From Octopus bimaculoides (lineage: Eukaryota), in contig NC_068985.1 of NCBI RefSeq assembly GCF_001194135.2, positions 81,393,054 through 81,444,826 of the forward strand: a stretch of DNA of 51,773 nt, given 5' to 3'. How positions within the stretch are numbered: position 1 is the stretch's first letter; every line of letters begins with the position of its first letter. Both the position numbers and the translations under genes were made by a program. Below, one piece after another: positions 1-12,695 of this stretch. The notes below the pieces were generated by a model, which saw only the letters and a list, made by a program, of their open reading frames with translations, ran no database searches and was not told the DNA's origin.

Positions 1-8
1 ATATATGC

Positions 9-39
<31 letters not shown>

Positions 40-132
40 TATGTATACATATATATATTTATATATATATATGTATATATATATGTATATATATATATGT
101 ATATATATATATATACACACACACACATATAT

Positions 133-168
<36 letters not shown>

Positions 169-170
169 GT
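1..170. repeat. (AT)n/(AC)n compound microsatellite
   Basis: Direct dinucleotide runs; explains the low-complexity ORFs 5..208 and 59..295. Confidence 0.95.
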
Positions 171-177
171 ATATGAT

Positions 178-495
178 TGAAATCTTTGGCAATTTGCTGT
201 GCTTGTGAGGACTCATCAAGCCAAGTGAAATCGATGTTGTGGACAGTGTTGGTTACATGTAAAGGCCACCTCTGATGATGATACGTAATAGGCACCTATG
301 CTGGTGATATGTAGAAGGCATCCACTACACTCTTGGAGTAGTTGGCATTAGGAAAGGCATCTAGCCATAGAAACCAAGGCAAATCAGACTGGAACCTGGT
401 ACTGCTCTCTGGCTTACCATCTCCCGTCAAACTGTCTAACCCATGCCAGCATGGAAAATAGACGCTAAATAATGATGATGATGATGATGATGATG
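178..495 (+). mobile_element. RTE-LINE 3' end / RTE-tail retroposon fragment with (GAT)n tail
   Basis: Shares the 'ggcattaggaaaggcatc..gaaacc..aacccatgccagcatggaaa..gatgatgat' 3' module with copies at 29293-29890 and 44480-45355, which are attached to RTE ORF2 coding sequence. Confidence 0.8.
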
Positions 496-850
496 TATAT
501 ATTCAAAGCAGAAATAAGAATTCAGGGAATCTAACAGACCTCTAAGCTCCTATCTGCTAGGTGGCCAGCTATTAGAAAAGACAATAGTTGAGATTAGGTT
601 ATAAGATTAATATTGCATTCCTTCCAAAGTGACACTGAAACGTCTTGGACACATATAAATAGACATATAGATGCATATATATATATGTACTGTAGCATAA
701 TGAATCCAGTTTCTCATCAGAACAGTTCATGGCAGTAAACGTTATGAAACAGCTGTCAAGAAATGGAATCAACATTTCATCACTCATTTGTCAGAATTTT
801 GGTAAATTATTATATATGTACAAACAAACACACACAACACGTGCATGCAA

Positions 851-891
<41 letters not shown>

Positions 892-2582
892 CACACAAAT
901 ATCCAAATTCCTCTGTAATATATAAGTGGCTTGACCACATTACCTGGCTGTCTTGCTGCTTTTGCTGCGTATTTCTCTTCCACTCACCGTCTAATACTAT
1001 ATCGAGAGCATAGTGACAGAAGGGCAAAAAAAAAAAAGAGGATATGCAACATTAGACGATGAAGGGGGTTGCACAGTAGTGTTGTTTACTGTGAGGGTAA
1101 TGTAAGGAAGTTGTTTAAGCATCTTTTAGGGATATTATTTTTTTGAGAAAGTAATTTTTTTTTTACAAATAAACACATTTCCACTATCACCACAATCAAC
1201 AATACCAAAAGTGAGCATTGACAGTAGGCCTGCTTGTACTCATTTAGAAATATAACTGCTCTATTTTAAATTTCGCTGTCTTCATGGGAAATGAGAAATT
1301 GAAGAAATGCATGAAATATAAACATATAATCTAAAATTTTGAAGACATGTATATCCCCTGAAGACTAATGCAATGATGATTTCCTGTATGCAACAACTTT
1401 GAGACTTGATCTTGAGTTGCACTGTCCACTTTCTTCTAAGTATTTATGAGTAGTACTGTTATTTATTATACTTTCTTGCCATGCCCCAATCTCTTTCCCT
1501 CTCTCACTCTCACATTTATCTTCTTATTAAGTCAATCTCTCTTCATAAACTGCCTCAGCATCCCTCTCCCTTCCTTATTCTGTATCTTCTGAAGCAGCTT
1601 CTCAGATGAGTGGTTTATTCTCTGTAAACTACTTAAGATGATGAAATCATTCCAGAAACTCACCCATGCATGTTGCTTATTTCCATCCTTACTAAAAAGC
1701 CTAAATAATTTATGTCGTCATTTTCCTTTAAGCTGTGGTGAATTTAAAGTACTTTTCTATGCTTTTCATTAGAAAACAACAAATTAATTAAAAATTTGAA
1801 TATTTAAATAATTCTGAAAAGAGCGAATTATACCAACATGTATATCAGTGAGAAAGATTGCAAAATATCTTAGGTTCTAAAATGTGTCAAGGAGGGAAGA
1901 TGAAAGAAATGAATTTTTTAATATGGTAAAGCAGATGCTAAGAATGTACTAAGATTTTACAGAAGAAGAGTGTTGTAAGCAAGGATTTAGTCATGCTGTA
2001 TCAGTTATTAAATTGAAAGAGGTGTGGTGGGATGGAAATATTACTAAAAATGATAAATAGTATCTAAGAATGTTAGGGCAAGTAAGGTATATTCTGAGAC
2101 AAAAATGCTGGAAAGGAGCTATAAAATGAAGATTATGAAAGATTATCTTTTTAACAAATTAAGAAATGAGAAAATTGATACTTCTTAAATTTCTACAAGA
2201 ACTCAGGTTTACAGTGTTAGAATTCGGTCAATTGACTCGACTTCAGTACAAATTTATTTATGTTATTTTATATTGCAGCTGGTCAGTCGTTGTTTCACAG
2301 TATTTCTGATGGTGCTAGCTGTAGGAGAGTATCTAGTTCATTGCAGAACAAATAGCCCAAGAGTTTACATTTGTGATGTGTCAGTTTTGAGTATTTCTTG
2401 CTTATGTTTATATCTAATGTTTCACCAATAAGCATTGGTGAAAGATAAAAACAAGGTCTTTCAAATATTATCCATCAACCATTTCTCATTGGCTATGAAT
2501 TATGTGAAAGGTTTCTCATTGACAAAGCATAAAACTAAAGGTTTATTATTGGCTATGCATTAAATTAGGTACCAATTAATAT

Positions 2583-2950
2583 GTTGGCATCCCGTCGCTT
2601 ACGACGTCAAGGGTTCCAGTTGATCCGATCAATGGAACAGCCTGCTCGTGAAATTAACGTGCAAGTGGCTGAGCACTCCACAGACACGTGTACCCTTAAC
2701 GTAGTTCTCGGGGATATTCAGTGTGACATAGTGTGACAAGGCTGACCCTTTGAATTACAGGCACAACAGAAACAGGAAGAAAGAGTGGGAAAGTTGTGGT
2801 GAAAGAGTACAGCAGGGTTCGCCACCATCCCCTGCCAGAGCCTCGTGGTGCTTTAGGTGTTTTCGCTCAATAAACACTTACAACGCCCGAAACTGCGATC
2901 CTATGACCTCGAGCCTGCTGCCCTAACCACTGGGCCATTGCGCCTCCACA
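2583..2950 (-). mobile_element. tRNA-derived SINE, family B (B-box region partly deleted)
   Basis: Highly similar to 15286-15603 and 34381-34767. The minus-strand head has the A-box TGGCCCAGTGG. About 11 nt (gtctgggaatc) of the B-box region is missing. Imperfect flanking repeat acc(a/t)attaatat. Confidence 0.9.
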
Positions 2951-4014
2951 CCTATTAATATATCTAAACCATAATACCCATAACGTATGTAGACTTTTTT
3001 GGCCAGTGAGGTTCATGCAGCTAATATTCATTAACAGATCTTATTTTTGTTTTACTCAGCTTACCTGTTTTCTCTCTTCATTTAATTTCTGCTTCATCTT
3101 AAACTGAGTAACTTTTATTTTGAAGCCATCATGTTAGTGAAAGTCACTATAAAGTAGTAAATATATTCAGACATTCCAGGTGTATATGATTGCCATCTGG
3201 CTCCCTTTTCTATGGAATAGTCACAATTCTTAAAGTAGGGTATTGGTTACAAGTTGTTTTGTTATGATTTACAGTTGACTGTGAAATTGCAGTTTTTATA
3301 GTAGTTTTGCTAGATTTGTTTATGGAATTTACTTGTAAGTAGATTGTTTATAAAAGAGCAAAAGTTTGATGCTACTCAGAATCTGACATACACCATTGTT
3401 ATATTTCAAAGCTATAATGCCTTGTGATGGTTAACAAATGCTTAATTCAACTGACAAAGTAGACTGACAGTGTTGTTTGAAGGAATGAGAAAGAGAAAGC
3501 AAATTTATTTTATGCAGTTTTGTAAAAAGCTACTTTATCCAAGCCTAAACCATTATCATTAACATTAATAACACACTGAATACATTGGAAGCTGCCTCGA
3601 AATATAATATTTGTTGTAACTCAATAAAATGTTATATGCTTTCTATTGGAATTCCATTCTCGTGTTGTTCCACACTAATCTTCCCAAACTACTGTTTTTG
3701 TTTGTTATCTAGTCATAAAGTTTTAAGCTCATTCATTGTTGTCCCTTCTAATTTATCAACTATTTTTTTTTATCAATAGACAATGGTGTTAACATACTAG
3801 TCATTTTAGTATACTTACACATGTATGAAATGGTTCAGATAGTGAACAGACATAATTTACATTGTTAATTAATTTAAGAAGCAAAACTATTTGTTTGGTG
3901 CCAAAAAATAGGAAAGAAACTAATAAAAATCAATTTATGTTCTTTGCTGAAATATATTAAGTTCTAATTTTGTGCTGTTACAATATATTCTGGAAGAAGT
4001 TTCAGTAATACTGA

Positions 4015-4125
4015 TATTATTATTTATTATCATCATCATCATCATCATCATCATTATTATTATTATTATTATTATTATTAAAACTATCATCATCATCATC
4101 ATCATCATCCTCATCCTCATCCTCA
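4015..4125. repeat. (ATT)n/(ATC)n trinucleotide microsatellite
   Basis: Direct repeats; source of the poly-I/poly-M ORFs. Confidence 0.95.
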
Positions 4126-5487
4126 ATATATCCCTAAGCTGTTTGAGTTTAGCATAGATGTCATTCGCTCAAGTTAACTGGAGCACATTCATCATTTGTG
4201 TCTTTATTTTCTTTTTCTTTTGTTAATTGTATAATTGTGTGTCAAATATCTTGTAATGAGAAATATGTCGATCTTTGAAGACCAAATGTTATATTTGTAT
4301 GAGTATTTAAAAAAAAAAACCGACAAGAACTAATCATTCACTTCAACCATATCTTTTGTTCTGAATGGATGCCTGCTGTCAAAACAGTAAAACTAGCCTA
4401 ACAATAAATAAAATAAAATAAAAAAAACACTAGGCTGGTCAAACTGATATTTATGGCTGATATATCATCATAAAATGACAAAAATAAACAATCTTAGCTT
4501 TAAGAAGAAAACAAAATTGAACTAATGTTTATTTGCCTTCAATAGAGAGGGTTTTAATGAAATCTATGTAACATATTAGTCTAAGATATTCTGGTCGATC
4601 AATGGAAGTCCCTCGTGTACAATAATGTAAAATTTAACCTTCTCAACAATTTCTACTTCATTCATTTGAGATTCAGTTTAATAATTTATGGTAGGTTTGT
4701 TTGGCAAATTGGCTTAAATTTATTCCTTCAAGTAGATATATTACATTTTATCTTGCATCTTCATGAATTCTTATATTTTAATGTCGTATTAATATATTTT
4801 TTCTTACATTTGTTTTATCATTTTTTTTCTTTATCATCTTCTATATCTTTAAAACCAATTTATGACTGCAGCAGGCATTTCTCTTGAGTGCAGCTATTAT
4901 TTGATGTTCCATGTTTTCTCTAAATACTGAGAAAGAAACAAATTAATATGAAGTAAAACTGAAAACAATAATAGACTTGTACTTGTGTAAATTGGTTGGT
5001 AAATCAAATCTAAAGCCATTATACAAATATATTGAATATAACAACACACACTTAACAGCAGGTAAGCATTTGATAAATAGTTTGAACAAAAGAAAACAGA
5101 AATTTAGCAAGAATGACATTAAAGGAAACAAAGAAATAAAGAAGAAAACAAAAATAACAATTTATATTGTAAGAAATCATTAGATGATTTCTTTATGATA
5201 AGAGGCAACTAGAATGCTCACCTTTCATTTGCTTCTTGCCATTGTTGCTTAACTCTGGGGTAAATTGATTGGAATACATATGCCTGTATTATCCCAGGTA
5301 CTTCTCTGAGTTTTATTTGAGGGAAATTTGGTTGCTATTTCTAGCATGTTGAGTGGCTATGTAAAGTCTTCTTTGTTGGCTTATACTTCATTAACTTTTA
5401 TCTAAAAGGCAGGCATGTGTACGGGTTTTTTTCTCAAATGTATGGGAAACTGATGAGTTAAAGATAAGGATGTGAAATCAGTTGTAA

Positions 5488-5536
5488 CACCTGTTGTAGC
5501 AATGGTTACAACAGGTGAAATAGTGCACCTGTTGTA
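5488..5536. promoter_or_regulatory. Cluster of three identical 11-bp CACCTGTTGTA motifs (direct, inverted, direct); E-box of Snail/Scratch/ZEB/bHLH type
   Basis: Motifs at 5488-5498, 5507-5517 (inverted) and 5526-5536, starting every 19 bp. The structure is seen directly; regulatory function is inferred. Confidence 0.3.
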
Positions 5537-6489
5537 GACATTTCTAAAACCCTGCATCTACTTCCTCATTCTTTCTAACTTCAGCTACTTCCTCTTTCTC
5601 TCTGTCCCCACTCTTTTGATTTTGCAGTACACAACATTGATTTTTTAGAATCTTTGGTTCCAAAACTTTTCTGGTTCACTGACTTTTGCAAACCAGGGGT
5701 GGTCACCTTGGTCAGCACACTCCAAATTAAGCAAATATTTTAAATTGCCTAAATAATTAAATAAAATACAGCTATCTGTACTTTGGTATAAATGATACAA
5801 GTTTATTAATATTGTACTGTGATTGATATGAGTCTTTGCATGGTACCAGTAAACTAGCCTGGCTGCTGCAGGAATGTGAAATTTCTGTTTGTAAACTAGT
5901 ACAGGTTATATGAGGTTTCAGGTCGTCAATGTTTAGAAAGTTGGTGTTGCAGTAGCATTTATCACAAGATATAGAAATATATGTTTCAACAAAATTCTAT
6001 AAAGCTTAGGTGAAACCCATAATGGAATGTAGCTCTCACATCACTTGCACACACAGGTATTACAGGCCACATTCAGAAAACGTCTGCTCAACTAACTAGT
6101 TTAAACTCACAGATATGTTCCAGTTTCTGAATTTCATTCCAATTTCTCTACCTGTTCTACTGCTACCCTAAGCCTGAACTTGTTTCTTGGAGCTGGCCAG
6201 ATTCAATCCACATCCACTCTAGTATCATTGCCTCACTTGCCTCTCTTTCTCTCTTCACCCTCATTGTGTTCAGTCTCAGCCTTCCAGGATCTGCATTAAA
6301 AATTATATCAATTCTTTCCTTCCCAGAGTGCTGGCTCTCAGGAACTCCCACCCCGTTCTTATCGTTTCTGCAGATGTTAACTTGCCATAGTTCAAGAACA
6401 TTAATGGCATCAGTCTCATTTCTCTTGCAGGACCTGAAAAGGCCAACAACACTGCCCCTTCTGCCAGACCCAGCATACAGAAGTAGGCA

Positions 6490-6550
6490 TGGCCATGTCA
6501 TAAGAAGCCTTGTGAGTGAATTTGGTAAATGGAATCTAAAACAAGCCTGT

Positions 6551-6617
<67 letters not shown>

Positions 6618-6835
6618 ATGTGTTTTAGTTTGTTCCCTTACCACTTGACTTCTGGTGTTGATTAGTTTACATCCCTGTAACTTAACAGTTCGCTCAAAGA
6701 AACTGATAGAATAAGTAACAGGCTTAAAAATAAGTACTGGGAGTCGATTTGTTCAACTAAACTCACCAAGGCAGTGCTTCAGCATGGCTGCAGTCCAATG
6801 ACTGAAACAAGCAAAAGATGAAAATTAAAAAAAAT
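6490..6835 (+). mobile_element. CORE-type SINE (family D) body and tail with internal (GT)n
   Basis: 'gccttgtgagtgaatttggtaaatggaa..(GT)n..gatagaataagta..cagcatggctgcagtccaatgactgaaacaag' matches the reverse complement of the full copy at 37285-37732. Confidence 0.85.
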
Positions 6836-7319
6836 AAAAGATGCACAGCAACCTATCTAATACTATTCACTACTGCATTCAAAATCTCCAAGATAAACAA
6901 AATTGTTCACATGATATACCACTTTGAATCTCTTTGACTACTTTGTGATCTCCAGTACAGATATATGTCAAACCACTTTACTCTTTACTTGCAGCTCTTC
7001 TTATCTATGTTACACACAGGTTTTTGCTTTGACCAGGTGTGGCCTGATAACCTCTGGCAAATGTTTCTAATTATGTACTCCACCATTCGTCTCTGACATG
7101 TGAAAGGGTCAGGCAATTGTCAATTGTCCTGCAAGAATAGCAAGATGATTGACTCTATCATATAAAAAGGAAACATTTGATCATATACTCCTAGATACAC
7201 TGCATAGATATTATATATCTATACACTTTAGTCTTTCACCATTTGACACAAGATCACCTCCTCCAATACCTTCCTCCCTCTCAAAGAATCTTTGTCTTGC
7301 AAAGCTACTCAGTAGCCTT

Positions 7320-7618
7320 GCCAGTGCAGGTGCCACTTAAAAAGCACCCAGTCCACACTGTAAATTGGTTGACATTTAGAAGGGCACCTAGCTGTAAAAT
7401 CCATGCTAAAAGTGACCTTGCGCCTATGTAAGTGCCACATAAAAAGCACTTAGTCCACTCTACAGAGTGGTTGGTGTTAGGAAGGGCATCCAACCATAAA
7501 AACCAGGCCAAAACACACTCAGAGGTATGGTGCAGGCTCCCACTTGGCCAGCTCCTGTCAAATCACCCAACCCATGCCAGCATGGAAGGAGGACATTAAA
7601 CGATGATGATGATGATGA
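7320..7618 (+). mobile_element. RTE-tail retroposon fragment with duplicated internal segment and (GAT)n tail
   Basis: Same 3' module as the other RTE ends. The segment 'gtgccac.taaaaagcac..agtccac' occurs twice. Confidence 0.8.
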
Positions 7619-7632
7619 CACACATTCACATG

Positions 7633-7676
<44 letters not shown>

Positions 7677-8079
7677 ACACACACATGTATATATATATAT
7701 ATACACACACACACATTATCACATTAATTAACCTGATGCTGTGTTTGAAAATACTTGCCCAAGGTTATAGTGAAGTGAACCTTTTAACCACACAGTCATG
7801 CCAATGCCCATCAGTTGTTGCTTTTACTTCAACTCATCCCTTTGAATGATCAAAGCATTCCAGGTATGATCATCCCATCTTGTTATTCATTCAAGATTAC
7901 ATTATCCAATGTGCTCTCCTATTTTTTTTTATAAAAGGGTGATATATGAGTGGGTGAGTGGGGGAAGCTATTTGTAACATTTGGCAGGTTCTTCCCACAT
8001 GTTCCCACTGGTTTCATGATAATAATAAAATGTGAATTGAATATAAATAGTGGGTTCTTCTATGTGTACTTTTTTCAAG

Positions 8080-8112
8080 GTTTAATTTTGATTTAGAAGT
8101 GTGTTGTACAAA
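8080..8112 (+). CDS. Candidate micro-exon (FNFDLEVCCT), phase 2-2
   Basis: Pyrimidine tract ending ttttcaAG (non-optimal AAG) and donor aaa|GTGAGA. Only one frame is open, and it is phase-compatible with 8484-8540. Confidence 0.25.
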
Positions 8113-8483
8113 GTGAGAAAAAGGGCTGAAATATAGCATTGTTCTAATTAGAATATATAAATAAAACTAATTACATAACGAGGAAATTCATATTACTATC
8201 TCCTTTAAACACACAAACAACACACAACACATTGTATAATTAGATTATCTGAGTTCAGTGAAAACTAAAGTGTTTTCATGATATATCAATTAACAGTTCA
8301 AATTTATGAATATGTATCTGTAATTAAAAATTTACAAAATTATGTATGTAAGAATGATTTGAAATCTAATTGAAAATTATAGAAATGATTTTTGTGATGA
8401 TTTAAGGAATGTTCATTTAAAGGTCTTCATAATCTCATTAGAATTCTTAATTTGAAATCATACCATTTTCTTATCTTTATTAG

Positions 8484-8540
8484 TTCCAGTTGTGATTTTC
8501 TAATTTCTAATGTAATGTCAATATATTATCAACTCAACAG
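8484..8540 (+). CDS. Candidate internal exon (SSCDFLISNVMSIYYQLN), phase 2-2
   Basis: Acceptor cattttcttatctttattAG and strong donor cag|GTGAGC; 57 nt with a single open frame. Protein not recognised. Confidence 0.45.
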
Positions 8541-9064
8541 GTGAGCATTGTCAGACACCAAGTTTGTTGCCACTTGTCATGACACTTTCAAAATCATTAT
8601 AAATTCATTTAAGTAAGACCAATTTCTTTTTCTTTTAAAGTGATTAATTATCTTTGTGGAATTTATTAAGTTGCCTTATCTAACATTAGAGGAGTTTAAA
8701 CCTTTTGCCCTCATATTAACCAAGATCATTCTTCTACCAGAAAACATGAAAGTCTATTTAAAACTATTTGTTCTGATTATTAAAAGAATTCATTAGTTTT
8801 TGATATTTCAGAGGTTATACACTGAAATATAAAGAACATATGAATAATTTAAATGTTATTTAATAGATGAATGAAAATGATGGACTTATGTAGAGTGAAT
8901 GAAAGTTATATTCGAACGACAGGAAATTCTGAGAGTTCAATGAAATCCTTACTACTGAGTTTATTAATGAACAAATGAAAAGCATAAAAGCATTTTTTTT
9001 TTCAGTTCGAATTACCTATGATAACCACAATATCCTTTAATGTTTAAATCACTTCCATTTCTAG

Positions 9065-9158
9065 ATCATCAATTATTTACAATTTCTTCCCTGCTGACAT
9101 TTTTGATGTTGTTGACTTACAGGTGTCCAAACTTGGAGAGATATTTGTTAGGTCATAG
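9065..9158 (+). CDS. Candidate exon (SSIIYNFFPADIFDVVDLQ[VSKLGEIFVRS*]); alternative acceptor at 9123 gives CPNLERYLLGHRQKCYELKMNS*
   Basis: Acceptor cacttccatttctAG, phase 2, open in the frame continuing from 8540. Possible donor cag|GTGTCC at 9122. Splice choice is ambiguous. Confidence 0.3.
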
Positions 9159-9222
9159 ACAAAAATGTTATGAGCTTAAAATGAACTCATAATGTAGTTA
9201 AATGGCATATAACACTGCTTAC

Positions 9223-9354
9223 CTCAGTCTGATTGTCTGAAAATAGACTCTCTTTCTGCTTCAGATTTGGGTAATTATTAGCAGAAATCTCACCGAGCGA
9301 CTCATTAAAAAAAAGAAGCAAAACTGAATTTGAGGTAGCAAGGAAAATTTTCAT
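9223..9354 (-). CDS. Candidate minus-strand first coding exon, 44 aa (MKIFLATSNSVLLLFFNESLGEISANNYPNLKQKESLFSDNQTE)
   Basis: ATG, open frame and a strong donor gag|GTAAGC. The hydrophobic stretch partly comes from a poly-T run, so it may be chance. Confidence 0.2.
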
Positions 9355-9441
9355 TTAGCATAAGTATTTATTTTTAGATTTTAGCTTACCATACACTTGA
9401 AGAGAATCAACCAATGTTCTTTCCAGAAATGTGATACAAGT

Positions 9442-9675
9442 AAAGGTGGCGAGCTGGCAGTAATGTTAGCATGCCGAGCGAAATGCTTAGTGGTATTTCG
9501 TCTGCCGCTACGTTCTGAGTTCAAATTCCGCCAAGGTCGATTTTGCCTTTCATCCTTTCAGGGTCGATAAATTAAGTACCAGTTATGCATTGGGGTCGAC
9601 GTAATCAACTTAATCCCTTTTCCTGTCCTTGTTTGTCCCCTCTATGTTTAGCCCCTTGTGGGCAATAAAGAAATA
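9442..9675 (+). mobile_element. SINE family A (Deu/Nin-like central domain), tail type 1, with 17-bp TSD
   Basis: Head aaggtggcgagctggcag, core gcctttcatcctttcagggtcgataaattaagtaccag, tail cccttgtgggcaataaagaaataag. TSD agaaatgtgatacaagt at 9425-9441 and 9676-9692. Confidence 0.92.
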
Positions 9676-10429
9676 AGAAATGTGATACAAGTGAATTCAA
9701 AGACCCATCTTTAATAAAATGAGGATGATAATAATAATAATAATAATAATAATAATCCTTCCTTCTGCAGGCACAAAGCCTAACACTTTTTGTGGAAGTG
9801 GGGTTATTCAATTACATCATGATGTTGCTAATCATTTTGTCTGGTGTGCTAACAACTCTGCCAGGTTTCGGGCTGAATGATAATTTTATACTAATTCTGC
9901 TTGTTCCTCCCTACTTGGCCCATCTGTAATGCTTCAATGTGATTAGTTGAAGGGGGAGGGGAGGAGGAGGGAAGGGAGAGGAAGGGAAGAGGAGGGGATG
10001 AGAGAGATGGGGAGGAGGAGGGGAGGGATAGATGGTGGTAAGTGAAATGTGTAATTTTTTTAACTAAGTTTTTTTTCCTCCTTTACTTAGCCCGTCTGTA
10101 ACAAATGATTAGTTGAAGAGAAAGGCGAAGAGAGAAAGAAAATATGTGAAACATAGGGTAAGGCGAAGATTGAGAGAGAAAGAGGGAGAGTGGTGTGTAT
10201 TAAGTCTATAAAGTTGTGCATAAAGTATATAAAGTGTATATATAATGTGCATTAAGTAATCATTGCATTCCAATTTCCCTCACTTTTCTATGATTAGCAG
10301 ATGAGTGACTATCTTTTGATACAGACACAACACAGGTTATGCTTTCAGGATTTTTGGATAAAGTTTGCAGAAATAATCCAATAAGTTTACCATTAATTCT
10401 GTGAAATATTCACAGGTCCTACTAATAAC

Positions 10430-10915
10430 TATAATCCTTTCTATTATAGGCACAGGGCCTGAAATTATGGGAGAGGGTGCAAGTTGACTATGTCAACTGC
10501 CGTGCATAACTGGTACTTATTTCCCTGACCCCTGAAAGGATGAAAGGTAAAATCAACCACAAGGAATTTGAGCTCAGAACGTAATGGTGGATGAAATGCT
10601 GCTAAGTATTTTACCCAGCATGCTAATGATTCTGCCAACTTGATACCTTAATAATAATGATAATAATAATGATGATAATAATAACAATCATAATAATAAT
10701 CCTTTCTACTATAGGCAAAAAACCTGAATTTGGGTGGGGGAGGAGGGCTAGTCTATTACATTAACCCTAGTGCTTAACTGGTACTTATTTCATTGATCCC
10801 AAAAGGATGAAAGGTAAAGTCAACCTTGGTGGTATTTGAACTCAGAATGTAAAGATGGACAAAATGCCACTAAGCATTTTGTCTGGCATTCTGACAATTC
10901 TGCCTGCTCACAATA
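10430..10915 (-). mobile_element. Two tandem family A SINEs (tail type 2) separated by (TAA)n
   Basis: Reverse-complement cores 'ctggtacttat...aaaggatgaaagg..aaagtcaac' occur twice, with (TAA/TGA)n between and around the copies. Confidence 0.88.
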
Positions 10916-12110
10916 TATTTTCAATATAATTATGATTGCATTTTTATTCCTCATTTATTTGATCTATTGTACATATACAAATGATGCTTGATCTACTTTA
11001 AAATTGAGATTTCTGATAATTTTGTCACAATTTTTGTGTCTGTTTCATGAGCCATCATTTTATTGACTTTTACTTTGTATAATTTCTTATAGTTTACACT
11101 TTCTTTTTCTCATAGATAAGAACTTATGAAATGAAACCCCACTAACGCATCTATATTAAATTACATATGTTGTTTTGTTAATTCATATTAGTTTTGATAA
11201 ATATCATTCTAGATCTCTAGGCATACTCTTTCTATTAAAAATGCTTCATGAATTATTTTTGTTAATTTGAACTATGGTAGAGACAGACACAGCAAAGATA
11301 TTTTAAAGTTAAAAAGCATTTACTACAGAGATTGATCTGATTTGAAAATATGTACATTCTTTTAGTTATTTATCTACATGAAGATTAAAAAGTATTCATA
11401 AGATATTCCAATATTAAAAACAACAGTAAAAGACAAAGACATGTTATTGACTGTAGTCAACAGAAGCTGTCATAAATCCTTGCCAGTGTGTCCTTTGAGA
11501 GAAAGATACATTTTGACACTGTGGAAGACATGAAAACAAATCAATATATTGTGATACATATTGAAATAAAAAACGAAAAAAGTTTAGTTTTCACTTGAGA
11601 GTATCAGAACAAGATACAGTTTCTGATCCCTACAAACTTATTTTCTTTCTGATTATTTTACATTGTTGATGCTTTCAGTTGTATATTTCTTTTCTCATAT
11701 ATAGATCCTTTTGTAAAGACCATTTTATTTTATTAAGCTAAAATCCCCTTTGCTGTATTTACTAGCTTACAAAGTCCTACACTTTGATTTTGGAATAATA
11801 CATGGAGAAAAAACTGCAGTGAAAATAAACATTTATGTAGAAAGAAAACTTTAAATAAATTCTCCTTGGATTTTCTGTTCGCAAAAATATACTTCAAGAA
11901 AAACCATATTGTATATGATTCTTGTAACATGATCTTTTCTAATTGATTATATTTTCAACTAAAGATATACAGTATACTTGTGATATTACTGTCTATATTT
12001 TGATTCTGATAGCAAAAGAATAAATGACAAATTTTCCAACAAAAATTATGTGTAGGATAAAACATGTGTGTGAATATGTGTTTGTGTGTAAGAATAGTAT
12101 TGATGTGAAG

Positions 12111-12167
<57 letters not shown>

Positions 12168-12649
12168 TTTATTATTTTATCAGCCCATGTTTCAATAAAC
12201 TCTTAATTAACTGGAAGGTTATAGTTTCAATTCTTGACAGTACCACTCTCTTGCAATTCCAAATGTGTATTTTAGATCATAACTTTCACTGGAGTTTATG
12301 AGCTTATTTTCAACATTCAGATATCTTGTACTTTTGCATTGACAATGAAGACAAAAAAAAAAAAAGACATATTTTGTAATAAAAATGAGCAGCTAACTTG
12401 TTCTCAGGATAAATATTAAAGTCCTATTGCACAATACTTTGAATGATACCCCTTTGCTTACAGTATAGAAGTAATATGGTCAGGAATACTTTTAACCAAC
12501 CTCATGCAGTGATCTGTGATTATTTTTAGTATTCAAGTCTCCAGTATCTTTTCATTTAAATTTGAAATTGATGAAGTAATCTGCAGTTTTCTCTTTTGTA
12601 TTGTTGTTGTCATTGTTGTAGTCATCATTGTCATCGTCATCATCGTTAT

Positions 12650-12654
12650 CATCT

Positions 12655-12695
<41 letters not shown>

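Noticed and set aside
700-730. CTGATGAGAAAC on the minus strand (and ctgatgag..gaaa at about 5450-5480), resembling a hammerhead ribozyme core
   Set aside because: No stem III with a UH cleavage site or stem I complement could be built.
5-1027. ORFs rich in YI/TH/CV repeats (also 7460-7849, 12798-13125, 17384-17656, 22810-23013, 30764-31152 and similar)
   Set aside because: These are translations of (AT)n, (CA)n and trinucleotide microsatellites.
6163-6628. ORFs of 112 and 120 aa on opposite strands
   Set aside because: No recognisable motif or splice context, and one runs into a SINE microsatellite. Probably old TE debris.
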